Under the pieces are notes generated by a model. The model was given only the letters and a program-made list of their open reading frames with translations. It searched no databases and was not told the DNA's origin. The translations under genes were made by a program, and so were the position numbers. Positions 26,701-40,600 of a stretch of DNA of 64,000 nt are shown in pieces (position 1 is the stretch's first letter; each line of letters begins with the position of its first letter). The stretch is from assembly GCA_036172245.1 (NCBI GenBank), contig JAYWIR010000002.1:3782001-3846000 (forward strand), read 5' to 3'. The stretch is from Raillietiella orientalis. Its lineage: Eukaryota.

Positions 26701-28436
26701 GCGAAAGATCCGGAAGGGAAAAAACTCTGCGATCCTCCTGTGTGCTCTCCCACCGGAACTGGAAAAGCGAGAAGCGGATCCGACGGAACAAAGCAAACAA
26801 GCAAAGCGAACGATTTGAAGCCCTGCTGCAGCTCCCGCGCAGAAGCTGAAGTGGGCTGCTGCTGCTAGCGTTTGTGGGGCCGTTCGCTGCCGCCCGGTAC
26901 CGGGACGCTGGCAGGAGTCTTCCCAGTGGCGCCCCGACCGGACGGGGCCGACGGGCAAATCTGCTGCTGGTAGCGGGCGAAGGTGCACCGCCGGAAGGCA
27001 CGCTCTCCGTTTTTCGGACACGCTCGAAAGTCGGAAACACCTCCGCGACACGGATGGCGCCTGCGACCATCTTGCTCTGCTGCAATCGCCTGTGGGCGGG
27101 CCGTTTCTATCCCCGTAGTGCCCCTCCCTGCTCCATCTCACCTGCCGCAATTTGCGCGAAGAAGGAGAAAACTCTGACTGAAGAAACCAGTCGCACTGTC
27201 TCTATGCTAGCGATTTGTGGTTTCTTCAGGAAGCATGCGCGTCTTCTCCTTGTTTCCAGAGTTGCCTCTCATATCCCGAGTCCAATTAAAATCTTCCTTT
27301 GGCATTTCTTTCTCTTTGCAATGTGTTTTCTTTTCATACCAACAAGGGCCATTCTGTGACACTTGTTAATGGTATTTATTTCCCATATTGAAGTCCAAAC
27401 TTTGGAAATGTGTTTTTTGGAAATGATTCAGATGGAAAGAAGAGACGATGGCTGGGAAATGAATCAGAGGAGTGGGAGCTTGGATCCCCATCAAAGTTAC
27501 ATGATTCTCATGGGGGGAAAAGAGCTCAAAGATAACTTCCCGGAACCCCTGTTGTTTTTACAAAGGCGCGCTACCCCCATATCGTGTTGCTCTTGGTCAG
27601 CAGCGGCGGCAAATGGAAAACGAGGAAACCGCAGCCGAACGAGTGAGCTCCGGAAAAACGTGTGCGCGTGCCGTACGATGCATCTTCCTCAATCGAGAAC
27701 CGGTGCAGCTTTCCCATGCCCAGGAAGGTTCCGCTCGGCCCTCTCCATGCTCCGTCTTCCTCTTTATCGGGGTGTTCCAGTTCGGAAGACTGCCATTCGC
27801 GTTGTCACTCTAGACCCCGGTTCCTCGGCAGCGCCGAGAGAGCGATCCTCACGTTGTCGAACTCGCTCTCCCGTAGCCCATAGCAGTCCCAGAAACGGCC
27901 GTGAAATGGCGCCAAAAGGTCAGGGCGCATGTTTACGCCTGCAGAGTCTCTTCCCGAGGAACCGTGCATCGAGTTAACACCTTGAATACAGCCGCGTTTC
28001 TCTGTTCGCTGCCGCTCCTGCGGCGCCGCTCATCCTTTTCATTCGGACCGCCCAAGAGTCGCGTTTCGTAGCACCCGTTTGTAAGCAGAGTCCCCTTCCC
28101 CTCCCCCATCCACCCCCTCTCTTTCTCTCTCTCTCTCTCACATACACTCCTACACTGCAAGTCCCATTCTTTATTCCGCGCGCCGTCCCTTTCTGTCGCC
28201 GTCCCCGAAAATCTGTGCTTCCCGGTGCTTTCGGGTTCTCTGGAGAATCGCACGATGGCCACTGTAGACTCCGTGCCGGACGTCTGGAGACGTCCGGCAA
28301 GGAGGCTTTATTCTTAGTCTGCCGGACGTGCCGCCTTATCTTGATTCTTACGCTCGCTCGCTCTTGCGGAATGCTTCCATGCAGCCTTGAAGACGTTGGA
28401 CTTTTTTTTTTTATTCTTCCCTTTTTTGTTTCAGTC

Positions 28437-28650
28437 TTGAAGAACAAGAGAAGGAGAAAAAGAAAAGGACGAGAAGAAGACGAAGTAAAAGAAGAGAAGA
28501 GGAACAAGGAAAAAGAAGTAGAAGAAATGGATGTAGAAGGGATAGAATTAGAAGTAGAAGAAGAAGAAAAAATAAGTAGAAAAAGAGAAGAAGTATAAAT
28601 GGAAGAAGAAGGGGAGAAGAGGAGGAAGAAGCAAAAGAAGAAGAAAGAAA
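28437..28650. repeat. Purine-rich (GAA/GAG) low-complexity tract
   Basis: Directly visible; it produces spurious E/K-rich and S/F-rich ORFs. Confidence 0.85.
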
Positions 28651-31600
28651 TCACCGACATGCTTGCATCCACATGCTATCTTGCCCAAGGTGAATCACAG
28701 CTTCCACATGGGCAGTTCGGTTGCCTCCGCAGTCCACCCCCTCCTGATTGAGATGGACGGATTCCATCGGTTGTGCCGTGGGCATGTCTCGAACGGACCT
28801 GCTCCCGGTTTTCGGCGTCCTTCCCGCCGCCAGAGGGAGTCTTTTGGTAGTCGCAGCGTCCAGGGAGAAAAGGAGGGGAGGGGGTCAGCTTGGGTTTTTC
28901 GCACCGAAAGAACCTTCCTCCATGGGGCAGGGGCCTCCTCTTGGCGAGGCGGCGGCAGCGGCAGCTCTCCCTTCCAGCTCGCGAGAGGCTTCGCGTAGGG
29001 ACCGAAATCCCGCGGAGGGGGTGGGAGCAAGCCGCTGCCAACCCTCTTCTCCCCTCGGGAGACAAACTGGCGATCGAGGCGCGTGTGGGTGTCCCATGCG
29101 AAAAGATGGCGAAGGGTGCGGGCCTTTCGTGGCTCCTCGAGGAAACCACCGCACGCCCGCGGCCACTGCGCTTCCTTCCCAGGGGGCAACCTGCCGAGAC
29201 ACTGCGGGCTCCCGACGGCGGGGAAGAGCCGTTGGAGAGAGGGAGCGAGACAAGCGCTTCGGGCGCCTCAGTACCCCGAAGGAAAGGAGAAGGGGTGCCG
29301 AGTCTTCCAGCGCCCCCTCTGGTGGGAGGCCCTTCGCGTGCCTGGGGTTACCCACCCCTGCGGGGTGGAGAATGCGGACCGGAAGCGCCGTCGCTCGTCC
29401 TGCACCGGCGCGCCGCTTCCGGCGACGGGTCCGGAGCTCCCTCTCTTTACTGCAGGCAGGTGTGCCACCTAGACCTAGGGACGGAGGAGAAAGGTGCGAA
29501 TCCGGGAGCGTGCGGACTCCAAGCCAGCCCGGCAGGGGGAGGCGTGAGCCGAACTTATCCTCGGGGAGAGGGGACAAAGGGCACGCGAGCGACCCAGTTC
29601 CGGACTTTTGGGTCTCCGATCGCGCCCAGTCTGCTCCGCGAGGGCTCAGATCACGCAGGGGGGCGCCTAGGGCAGCCGGCGCGCCCGCTGCCCCTCGTTC
29701 TCGAAGCGGCGACAGGGAATGCTCGCGTTGAGGCAACAATGCCCGATACGTTTCCCCGACGACGGAGCGAAACCGGCGTCGTCGTGGGCAACCGCTGCAC
29801 ACGCACACGTAGCGGTCGAGTGCGCCAACGTGTGCGACAGTGTGGATGGCGCGCATGTGTGTACGCAGGACCTGTGGAGACACCGGCGCGTGATGGTGCA
29901 CGGCGACGGAAAATGCTGGCGCTCGCATCTGCCGACAAGTGCGGAGCGCACTGTTTCGCGCACCCAGCAGGGCAAAGGCGCTTAGCAGCTTCTTTCCATC
30001 CGAAGTGGAGGCGCATCTCCTCGGACTCCCTCTTCCTTCTCCTCCCTTCTCGGAACCTATGTGTCTGCAGGATGCGGTCCGCAGCCTGCAAAGTTCCTGC
30101 CAAAAAAGAGCTTGGGAAAACTCGAAAAGTTGGGAGGATCCTTTGAACGCTGTGTTCGTTCTATAAATAGCCGTGACACGGAAACATTTTTGATTAAGAA
30201 ATGGTTTTCAGATCATGGGAGATTCCCCGGAGAGCGTGCACCCACTAGGTAAGCCTCGTCTGATCATTCTCCTCCCAACACGTAAGCGTCGCTCCCTTGT
30301 TTTATTTTTATTTTTTTCCTATCGCATGGAAGAGGGAGCCCGGGACCCAAGGTTCCCCAAATGCTCGCGGAGGATTTCTCAGGATGCACGAAGGTTCCTT
30401 TTTTTTTTTTTTTTTTGTCGTCGTCCTCTGCCGCCTCTGAGCACAGCGGCAATCGATTTCCGCTTCTTCCTCGGCTACGCGCGGGAGCTTCCAGCCAAGA
30501 CAGCATGTCTGCAGGGATGCTCCGCAGCCTCACCACGGCGCCTGCCGAACCTGCGCTGAGCCTCAGGGAGTCGGGCGGGAGCGACCCATCGGCGTGTGTA
30601 GTCAACGGCGAGCCGCCGCAAAGAATCGACGACTGTGACGCAACGGATGCAGACAATCAGTGTGAGAAAGAGAAGAGGGCCGAGGGCGCGATGACATCCA
30701 GCTCGACATTAAAAATTAAAGGGACGACGTTGGGAGGTAGTGGAAGGCGAGCTGCTGTGGGTCTGGGAATGGGATCGACACTCAAAGAGAGATGAGATTT
30801 CGACAGTTGAGCAAAATTTGTATTTATTTTTTTTTTTTGGATGCTGTTTGCTAGACGGCTGGAAGAGGACGGCGCTGCGACGGTTCATCCGGTTTGCGAG
30901 AGTGGAGATTTCGAAGGGAAAATTCGTTTCTGTAACACAATCGTGGGGACCGGAACACAAAGTAGCACCGAGGAATGAAATCAGACATCAGTTTGATAGG
31001 CTCGAATTTCAATCAGTGCGTCCTTAGGAGCGAGGGGATTCCGCAACGTCTTGTTGCCTGTTTCCGTCCGCCCTACGCAGAGGAGGAAAAAAAAAAAAAG
31101 AGGAAAAGGTGTTTCTTTTCCTTTTTCATCCCAAGGAAGCAACCGATGTGTATACGTTAGCATGACCTTCTAGTGCTCCGATAAACATTCCCTTTTATTT
31201 TAGTCACAAAAAACCACTCGAATCTGAATCATCGTTGCAGTTCTTCGTTCGAAAATTTTTACGAGCTTTGCTTCTACAGGGGTCCTGGAAATGCAATCGG
31301 CCAGACGCAAATAAACAAACCGGAAAATAGATTTCAGAACAGTTGGCAACACTGCTTTGGAGGGCCGATTGCAAAACGTTTTCGGTTTCCACCATGCTTC
31401 ATTTCCCACCATCCGTTTACTTGCAGTGCAAACGACGTCTGGGCTTCTTTCGCTTCGTAGACTCTTCCGCTGCAAGCAAGAGGCTGAAGTGTCTATTCTC
31501 GTAGGGCAAAGGTGTTTGTGCTCAATCTTTTTCTGGAAGCGCTTAGTTTAATGAGTTCTCTGGGGGCTTTCTTCTTCTTCCCCGAAGAGGGTATGGCCGC

Positions 31601-34405
31601 TGAGAGTTCCTGGTGATGCTGGCTGCATACCTCTGTGCTCACTTTTGTCCCGAGCAGCGAGCCAACTGCTGCAGCTTCGGGGAACCACCTCGTGACTTTG
31701 GCCCACCAAGCGTTTTCCGTTGAGAAAAAAACCCCTCCGGTTTTTTTTGACCTCACGCGCCACCCTTGTTTGGGTCGAGTCTCACCTCGACCCCGGGTTC
31801 CCATTTGTTCCTCGAGCGCATGTGCACACTCGGCTTCGCCACCGGGACCCGGGGGTTGTCGGCTTTTACCTCCCGGATGCAGGACTCTTTCCTCTCTTTT
31901 CCGACTCGGATCGTCTTACGCTCTACTTTCACCATCTAGCGATTCGATTTGAAAGTGCCGTGGTTTTCCTTCGGAACTCAACGCGGCATGACGATCCCGG
32001 TATCTCTCCGCTCCGCCCATCGACGTCGACTTCGTTCGGTGGACGGTTCCCCCTCCCTTTCTCCCGGTTGCGCCCGTGGAGGGCACCTTTCGCTCTTCTC
32101 GAGTCTGCAGCCCCCAGCCTTCCACCCCTTCTCTGCCCTGAAGTTTCTTTTTAGCTTCTCGGCGGGGATTCCGACGCCCCCTGCCCACCCGCCGAAGGGA
32201 CGCCCTGTCCGAGTGCCACGTTCCGATCCTAGAGGTGAGGATGGAGGGGAAGGGAGAGGAGGGGAGGGGGTGGTGGTGGAGGGAAGGGAAAGGTGAAAGA
32301 AGGGAGAGCCGGGATGGTTGCTTGGCAGTCCCGCAAGATGCGGTAGCGGCGGTGTGCGATGCAGCTCCAGGGCAGGAGGCTGCGAGTGCGAGGGGAGGGG
32401 GGGCGAGGTTCCCCCAACGTCACTCCACCCCATCCCCTCCAGTGCCGGCCAAGAAAGAGAAAGAGTCTGGGCAGGAAAAAGGGGGACGGGCACGAGAGGC
32501 ACCTGCAGGAGGAAGAGGCATCCCTACGAGCAAGGCTGACTGCGAGCTGTCGGCCCCTGGGAGGGCTCGATTCCCCTCGGTCGGGCCCGGACCGTGGGAC
32601 TGCCCTGAAGGCGCTTGGCTTTCCGCGGCGCTGGAACGCAGGGGGCCTCGAGGAGTCTCGCCAGCACTACTCCCCTACTTCCTCTTCTCGAAGAAGACCC
32701 AGTCCCTCCGCTCCCGTTCCTTTTCCTCTACTGGAGCGAGCAGGAAGGAGGCGGGTCTCAAGGGACGGGTGGGGCGCGCGGGAGGATTCGACGGCTCCAC
32801 TCTCGCCCCGGAACCGGCTGTCCCGGATGCCCTCGCGGCGCTCGACCACTCGACCTGCTGGCGGCGAGCATGCGGATGGCCCGAGAGGCCGGTGGATTCG
32901 CCGGTCGGGAAGAGGGAGAGGATGCCCATACCGTGAAGCAGCAGCAGAGGGTACTGTCCCACCCCACCCCGCGTGTCTCGCGGAGGGTCCTCTGCCCTTT
33001 GCGCAGCTTCAAGGGGCCGCCCTCCCTGCGGGCAAAGAGCTCCTCGCTCTCTCCCCATCGCCATGTGCACGACCGCCCGGCGCCGCGGCGGAACGAAGGG
33101 CTGGGAGGGCTCGCGCGACCTAAGGGGAGCGAAGGGCCCACCGCCTGATCAGTCCCGTGCTGCAGGGGGAGGTCGCTGCCCTCTCCACCCGTGCCCTCCT
33201 CGCCTTCAGGAATAGGTCCTCCGGCTCATGCAGAAGGCTTGCAGGCGCGTCGGAGCACGCAGTGTCCCCGTGGGCGCCCCCTCTCCCGCGTCCGCCCAGC
33301 GTCCTCAAGCTCGGCGCACCGGGGAGGCCGGCAGGGGAATCGAAGAAGAGTTCCGGCCCGGCGTTGGCCTCAGGTTCGAAAGGTCACTCTCCTTCCCGTC
33401 TTCCCGCCTCCTCTCCAGGGTCTTTCCTAAGCATCCTTCGGGTTCCCTCTCCTCCTCACCCCGGTCGCGCGGGAGGACGGATAGATTGCCCCGGGTGGCG
33501 CGGCAGTGGAGGAGACTTGTGGTGGCGACGCCGAGCAACTCCGATGGCTCCAGGGGAGGCAGCGACGATTCTTCAGCACTTGGAGACGAGGAAGCTGGAA
33601 AGGCGGCGGCAGCAAACAGAAGGACCGCAAGGTTCCCACAGTCCTTGCGCCAGGGCGCTCTCGAGAGATGGACAGAGGATGGCGCGGGGCTTTGGGCGTC
33701 CAGCCCGCGCCCGCTTTCGCTCTTCGATTCTCCAAGCAGCAGCAGCGGGTCCAGAAGTCCCGCGCCTGTCCCGCGCTGCGGAGGCCGAGCATCAGGTGGC
33801 GTGCATCTCCCCTTCCCCCACCGCTGTAGGAGCCGTCTGGGCCTGCCGCTCTCTCTTTACGTGGCGACCCGATTGCAGGTTCTCGCCAGATTTCCCAATG
33901 TGGCGCCGGGAGAGCCAGCCCGAGGAAGGGGTCTGGGCATGCCTCTGACACCAGCCGAGCGGAAACGGGGCAGCGGCGAGGCGAGGGCAGTCCCTTGAAG
34001 GGAGGAAGGGGGCGAGCGAGCCATGACGAGCTGTCCCTTCCGAGAAACGTCAGAAGGCATCCAGGGAGGCTTCTTCGCGCCAGACGGACCGTAACCACGG
34101 ACAACGTCTGTCGCCACAGCGTGCACGCGGCGCGTGTGCCGGAAAGGGGTGAGCGAGCAGGAATGAGGAGGGTGGGGAAGGAGGCTGCATCCGCATGCCG
34201 GGCTTCTTGCCGCCTCCGGAAACTCTCCGGGAGGGACTCCACCCCGTGCGTTCGCGCTTCCGGCACGCACGCGGAGGGAGGACAGGCCGATGGACGGTGC
34301 TGCCGCCACAATGCCCGCGCTCTCCGCCTGGGAGAAAGCTTCCTCGGCCTTTGTCCAGGAGGTGCCCTCTAGCCCTTTCCCCTCCCTTCTTTGCGGGAGA
34401 CTCCC

Positions 34406-34460
34406 ACCCCCTTTCTCCAAACGCCCCGGGCGTACCCGGGTGACAACCCCCTTTCTCCAA
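34406..34460 (+). mobile_element. 25-bp LINE terminal micro-insertion (34421-34445) with a 15-bp TSD
   Basis: ACCCCCTTTCTCCAA at 34406-34420 and 34446-34460 flanks ACGCCCCGGGCGTACCCGGGTGACA, which matches the LINE terminus. Confidence 0.8.
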
Positions 34461-36016
34461 TAGGATGCCTTTACCTCAGGCGCATGGAAGCGAGAGGAGT
34501 CCCATTCCGTGCCGCGAGAGGGCGCCAGGAGTGGTCTGTCCTTCAAGTCGAGGAGAGGTGGCCGGGCCTCCCGGAGGGCTGACGCTCCGGACGCTGGCGG
34601 CGGTCCTCTGCCGCCAGGGCGGCAGATTTTCGGGAGCGACGGGACGCAGACGAAGGTCTGCACGCCGCTTCCCCCTCCCCTTCCCTACTCCCCCTACCCT
34701 GCCGCTCCCACGAGACGGCCCTTTCCGAAGGGAGGGAGTCTGGGGACACGGAAACGGAGGGAACAGTGTCAATCTCGGGAGCCGTCATCGGAAGCACGAG
34801 ACCAGGGAGAAAAATCTCGGAAAGGACACCACCGCTCGGCAACTGCTGCTCTCCGGAGGCAGGGAGGAAAAGGACCGGGTTCAAGGGGATGAACGCCCCC
34901 CCTCCTTACCCTCCCTCCAGTCGGCCGGACAGCGAGACACGGGACAAAAAGATGTAGTGGTCGTGGTGGAGGGAGGCAAAGGTCCCAGGGGCGGCAGATG
35001 AGAGGAGGGCACGCCCATCCCATCCCCTCACGCCCCGGTTTTTCAGGGCGCCCTTCCACCAGCGGCGAGAACCTCGAAAGTGTCCCTGGAAGAAGGGATG
35101 CTGGACGCTGGGAGAGTAGGAACAAGGAGGAAAGGTCCGGATCCGGGGACGAACGATCCAGGAATCCCCAGTGAGCTTCCGGCAAAGGGACGGGACGCCC
35201 GGCAGAGGATGACCCATCGCATCCGGAAAGCAGGGGACTCGCGGGAGACGCTGCTTCGTGGAGACCGGGCATTCAGCCAGCGTCCCCCGGAACGACCGCA
35301 AGGCGGAAAGGCAAGTGGGCTGTTCGGGGCCCCCACAGCCGAGGGCAGCGGGCGCCCCGAGCGGACCAAAAGCGAGGGGAAGCAACGTTCGGGGCGACGC
35401 TGGCCCTCCCTTCATCTCGTGGGAGTGGGAGAAACGGGAACCAGAGGAATCGGCGCTTTCGGCCACGTGGGAAAAAAGCGTGGCGCCAGCTGACACCGCA
35501 GCCCGCTGATCTCTCGGGGATATAGTCGGGAAGGAGTCGAAGACCACCGCCCGAGTCGGAAGTGCCAGGCGGCGCCGGGCTGCCCGGATGGGCAGCGATC
35601 AAATGGGCAGCGATCAATCGGGAGCGGGGAAAGGGAATGGGAAAGGAGGGGGGGGGGAGGTACCTCGCTCCGAACACGCAGTCCCCGCCCGCTCGCACCC
35701 GTGACACAGCACTCCCGAAGAGGGAGTCACTTCTTTTATTGTCCTCGGAAAACAAACGTCCTCAGGTAAGCGGACGCGGCTCGCCCGTCGCGTCGTCAGC
35801 AGCAACGCTGTCATCCAGCGGCCTACGCTCCTTCGCGCGGTCCACACCGAGAAGCACACAGGGGGAAATGCAAAAACGACGACAACGAACACGGCACACT
35901 TCGTGCATTTCCTAGAAGACACAACGAAGCTGTTGATCATGAATTTCTTTTATTGTATTGCTGCATCCGTCGGTCCGCTCAGCTGCTCTGAGGAGACAAC
36001 GAAGACAAGTCGCGCT

Positions 36017-36609
36017 TCACGGACTCGACTTGCGCACATCGCAAAAACCTATCCTATTCTTGTTGAACGAATTCGGTCCGGTGGACGTAGGAGTGTCCCT
36101 GGAAATGGGCCATGAGCGTCCCGATCCCCATGCGAGCACCTTGAGATACCTTCCGATGTTCTTCATCCGCATCCGTGCTTCAGGAGGCATCTCTTCCGGT
36201 TCTTCGTCCTCGTCGGAGTCAAAGACTTTGGCGGCAATCCCGGACTTTGGTTTCAGAGATGGGGTGATACTTTCCTTTTGCTTCTGCAGAGCGCAGACTT
36301 ACACGGGAAAGCTCAAGAAAGGGCATACTTGCGCATTAGTCGTCAATTTTATCGAAATGGGAGCAACCTTCTTCTCGGGAATCATGGCTTCCTTGGAACG
36401 CAAAGAGTCCACCTCGAAGTATTCCCCATCTTCCAACGTGGACTCTGTGAGGTGAATTTGTACACTCCTACTGTCCTCAGCTCTTATTCGTTTCATAGTT
36501 TCCATGTCTTCAGAAGAACTGGATCGCTTCAAACCATTCGTTTGCTGAGCAAGACTCAACGCAGAACGTGTCAAGTCATTTGGCTGGCCCTTGCCGTATT
36601 TTTCCACCC
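36017..36609 (-). CDS. PCNP: PEST proteolytic signal-containing nuclear protein; exons 36609-36329, 36283-36150, 36098-36017 (start codon uncertain)
   Basis: Spliced translation gives APISIKL...[49 protein letters not shown], the conserved PCNP signature. Introns are 45 and 51 nt, GT-AG. Confidence 0.93.
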
Positions 36610-36919
36610 CTGTTCAGTGAATACACTGGCAAATTTAAAACTGTGATCAGCATAGAACAAATTTTACATAATCTGTGCTAAAAATAAAGGAGTCAATAAC
36701 AACCAATTTGCACAGACTTATAACAAAACTGGAGACGGTGTTTAGACCAAGAACAAATACAAGGCGTCTTTTGAGACCGCAGACTTGCTCCCCGTAAATA
36801 AACAAACAAATCCTGTTAGCATAATGTTGCATACAAAAAAAAAATCGTTATCGCCACAATTCGTATACAAGCATAAACATGCGTACGCATATACAAAGTT
36901 GAGTGCGCCACGTGTGGGT

Positions 36920-37612
36920 TTCATTCGTGTCCTGCAAGGCGCTTTCCGGTCTTCGCTTTCCTCGGCCACACGTTCGTCCAAAGAGACCTCGGCATGCACT
37001 TCGCGAAAAACTGCTTGACCTGTCCTTCAACCCCGACGTCCTGCGACCACTTTGCGCGAAGCACAAAACGGTCACGAGATACGCTACCCACATGATTTAC
37101 GATCTCTCATGTACACTGCGTACGGTCAAAAGCATCTCCAGCACTGAACACCCCACAGTGTGTGCTACAAAAAGTGTTCCGTTAGACATCCTGAACAATC
37201 AGCACAAAGGAGCCTCAAACAGCCACGGACAACCAGGAAAGCTTGCTGAATGCTGTTGACAGCCACCAGCGATCTGAAGAACCACCAGAATTATCTTCTG
37301 AATTGTCTGCATGATTGGTATTATCTTATACGACTGCAACATGCATCCTTGCTTATCTCTTGCCGAATAAAAACGATCCTGAGGAGGGTGGAGATGGTCT
37401 TGAATAAAAGTCTCGTTCTAAGAATTTTTTCCATAAAGTATGTTCTCCCAGATACCCTGTATAATTCTTTGTGTTTCACAACAACGAATGCAGCTTCCTC
37501 ATACTTTTGTCTTTCGCAACACTGATTAACATGTCCAGCAGATAAACACTTAGTATCTCACCGACCATGCATCGTGTACGATTAAAGTGCCTTTTGATAT
37601 TAACATTCCCAT
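36920..37612 (-). CDS. Possible small multi-exon gene of unknown function
   Basis: MGMLISKGTLIVHDAWS|CCERQKYEEAAFVVVKHKELYR|NETFIQDHLHPPQDRFY... can be joined across 40- and 38-nt GT-AG introns; CTAAC...TTTTTGTAG acceptor near 37165. The 3' structure is unresolved. Confidence 0.3.
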
Positions 37613-40600
37613 TTCTGCAATAGCAGCTTAAAAATTGGATAAAAGAATTGAAATAAATTCGGAACAGCCACACATATGTTCTCTTGTGAAACTATTTTAA
37701 GCACATACTACTTTACAAACATGCAGAAGATAAACATAGCAACACACAAAAGGTGTCTGGCTAGTCTAATTTTCAAACAAACATGACGATCTAGCTTTGG
37801 AGACCAGCGACTGATCAGTTTGCACACAGAAGGCAACATTTTTAAAAGCTACCCTTCCTACATACTTTCAGAAAGAATGATGTTTACATATGCATGCAAT
37901 GTGTTCAATACTTCCTCTTTTGACTGAAAAGAAAACAACCAACTTTAATGGGGGGGGGGGAGAAGCTTGCATTTAATTAAAGGAAATGATCTCCCCAAAG
38001 AAAACAAATCAAGAATCATAAAAGATTTCGTATCAAAGTTCTACAAAGGAAACAAAAGTGAACCAAAGTGATCAAAAAAACAATTGCATGAAAAAGTGAT
38101 ACGCACAAATGCAAAAAAGTGAACATCTGAATCTACTTAAAACATGGAGGAGAAAACAGGATTGCGCCATTAATTATGTGATGTACAACTACTGAAGTTT
38201 GAATTTGACAAATGTCTTACATTTAATGGTCAAGGCACGCAATCATTTAAGAAACACACACAAAAAAAGAAAATCATGCACACTGAATGGACATATAAGA
38301 TCTATCGCTTGCATTTTAAGTCATCATTCTTGCTTAAATAGTGACAGGACTGTTTATTCAGAACAACGACAGTAGTGTCCAAATGCTGACAAAAAACAAC
38401 AGAACATCAGAACGAAAAAATGAAATCTACCAACAGATCTTCTTGAAATGAGTAAAAAATGTTCTAAATGAAAGTTATGAATGGTCACTGTTAATAATGA
38501 AAAGCAACCCTACACACTAGTGGCACAATAATTGATTCATGATGAATCAGCCATCATTTAGATATGAATGTGATGAATATTTTAAAAATATCAAGGAACC
38601 AGAAACTGTACCATATGTTTTTAAAACCATGTCAATATTAGATCATTAAAAATTGAAAATAACCCAATGAACTTGAAAGAAAAAAGAAAGTCAGTTTTCA
38701 GCCATTATTTATAATATATCAAGTACCATCATCAAAACAATAACATCTTTAATGATTTACAGTAGTTTGAAAAATAGGACATAACTCAAATTACTGTTTA
38801 GTCCACTTTAACTGCAAACACACACTCTAATATTAGTTTACAAGTTAACTTTTTTTCACGAACAACTTTCAGCTGATACAAAACAATATTTTCTTCAACC
38901 TTTATATTATTAGGAAGCAAATGGACACTTGTAAACTGTAAGGAAAAAGAGAAAAGGTGTTACATTTCGATTTTAAGATGGTGCAGGATTAAAAATTAAA
39001 ACTGGTTACTGGTTAAAAATTACAAAGTTCTGAAGGAACATGGTGTTTCATGTGATAGTGCATATTGGAACAGTTGTGCCTTCCAGAATTCAATGAATAT
39101 ACCATACCTACCAGATATTATGTACTAGAATTAAATTCATTAACTTATGTTATTAAGAGAACAATGCAAACTGCGCAGTTTTCTGGATCCAGTTTGAAAT
39201 TACAATTTTAACAACTAATTTGCATTTTGGTTTAATTTTATTTGAAGGCATTTTCATTAACTTGATGCAGATGCTGCAAAGTGGACATCAATTAAATGGA
39301 AAATTATCGCTTAAAATTTATGATCAGCTGTGATATTATGCGCTATTAATCAATTATACGAGCATAAATTACTATTACACGTATTGTTTACAAATATTTA
39401 CACCCCGACGGAATTTTTGCATTTCCATATTTAGAAGGAAACACTGACAACTGAGCACAACTGCTCAAACCTTCAGTTTGGATAAACATTTTGCAAATTT
39501 GGGGCACTCAAATTTTAAATGCATACTTTCATTTACATTTCTGTATACCAAAAATAACTGCAAATACTTCCCATGAGGAAGTATTTGCAGGATTTCCCAT
39601 GAGGAAAATGCAAATAACATTCCAACAAAAAATAAGAAAATTACTGACATATTACTAGGAACTCCAAACACCTGCAAAACAATTTTTACATATTTTGATG
39701 CTGAAACCTGAATAACTATTAATTATTTAGAACCAGTTTTCATAAACCTCCTAAGGTGGTTCCTGTTCTGCCAGGCTGACAAGATTACTAAAGATTAATG
39801 AAAAGTGGCGATGTTTACATTAAAGAACACGCATGTCATAAAGCATTTATTTTTCCAAACTTTTTGGTACACATACATTACTTCACCAGTCTTCAATAAC
39901 ATCTGATTAAATTCACTTAAACTGCAGTCTCCACGCTGTCATCTGTAATGTTATGAAGCTTACATGCACAAGGTAATATTTCTTAATTGAATTAACAGTG
40001 ATACTGGCAGTTTTAAAACAGCACACGATCTGCATTTTTAAAAAGAAAAACGTGCTTTCAAAGCTCATTGGGGTACAAAACTAATCAAATCCTTATACAT
40101 GTATAATGCACCATACACTAGTTTGTTAAATGTTTGCCAATTGCTAAATGCTTATAACACACTAATGGCATTGCGTATTCAAGAAAGCAAATTGCAACCA
40201 ACCTGAATCGAAATATTTACCATCCATTTTCTAAAACTTCATAAAAGTTACCTTCGAGGCATGCTAGCAACATGTCAAGGAATTAGATCCATATTATCGA
40301 CACAATAACATTATAGCCTAAGTACCGAATAGGGCATTTCAAATGGAGTAGACCGCACACGGAATTACTCTTTTCTTTAAATTTCGAGCATTCCTTCCCA
40401 ATGCTGGAAGCCAGTCTGTACGAAATTTTTATTGCCGGGTTTACGCTAGCTCTTTGAATTTTCCTTTTCTAAAAACCGATACTTAAATATTTACGAAGTT
40501 GTCTCCTTGGATAAAGCTAAGCGACGAAATGCTAAAGAAGATTCACTCTATTATTTAAATCCACTCAACTAATAAACGAAAAACAGACTGCTGTAAAAAC

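Noticed and set aside
27974-28672. 232-aa S/F-rich and 127-aa E/K-rich ORFs
   Set aside because: Artefacts of the GAA-rich low-complexity tract.
28748-30146. Long overlapping ORFs (327-418 aa), including a weak C2H2-like stretch near 29820-29900
   Set aside because: R/G/P/A-rich translations are expected in stop-poor GC-rich DNA, and no convincing domain is present.
37355-37456. Neuropeptide-like reading SRPSPPSSGSFLFGKR* on minus
   Set aside because: No signal-peptide exon could be joined to it, and another frame fits the splice sites better.
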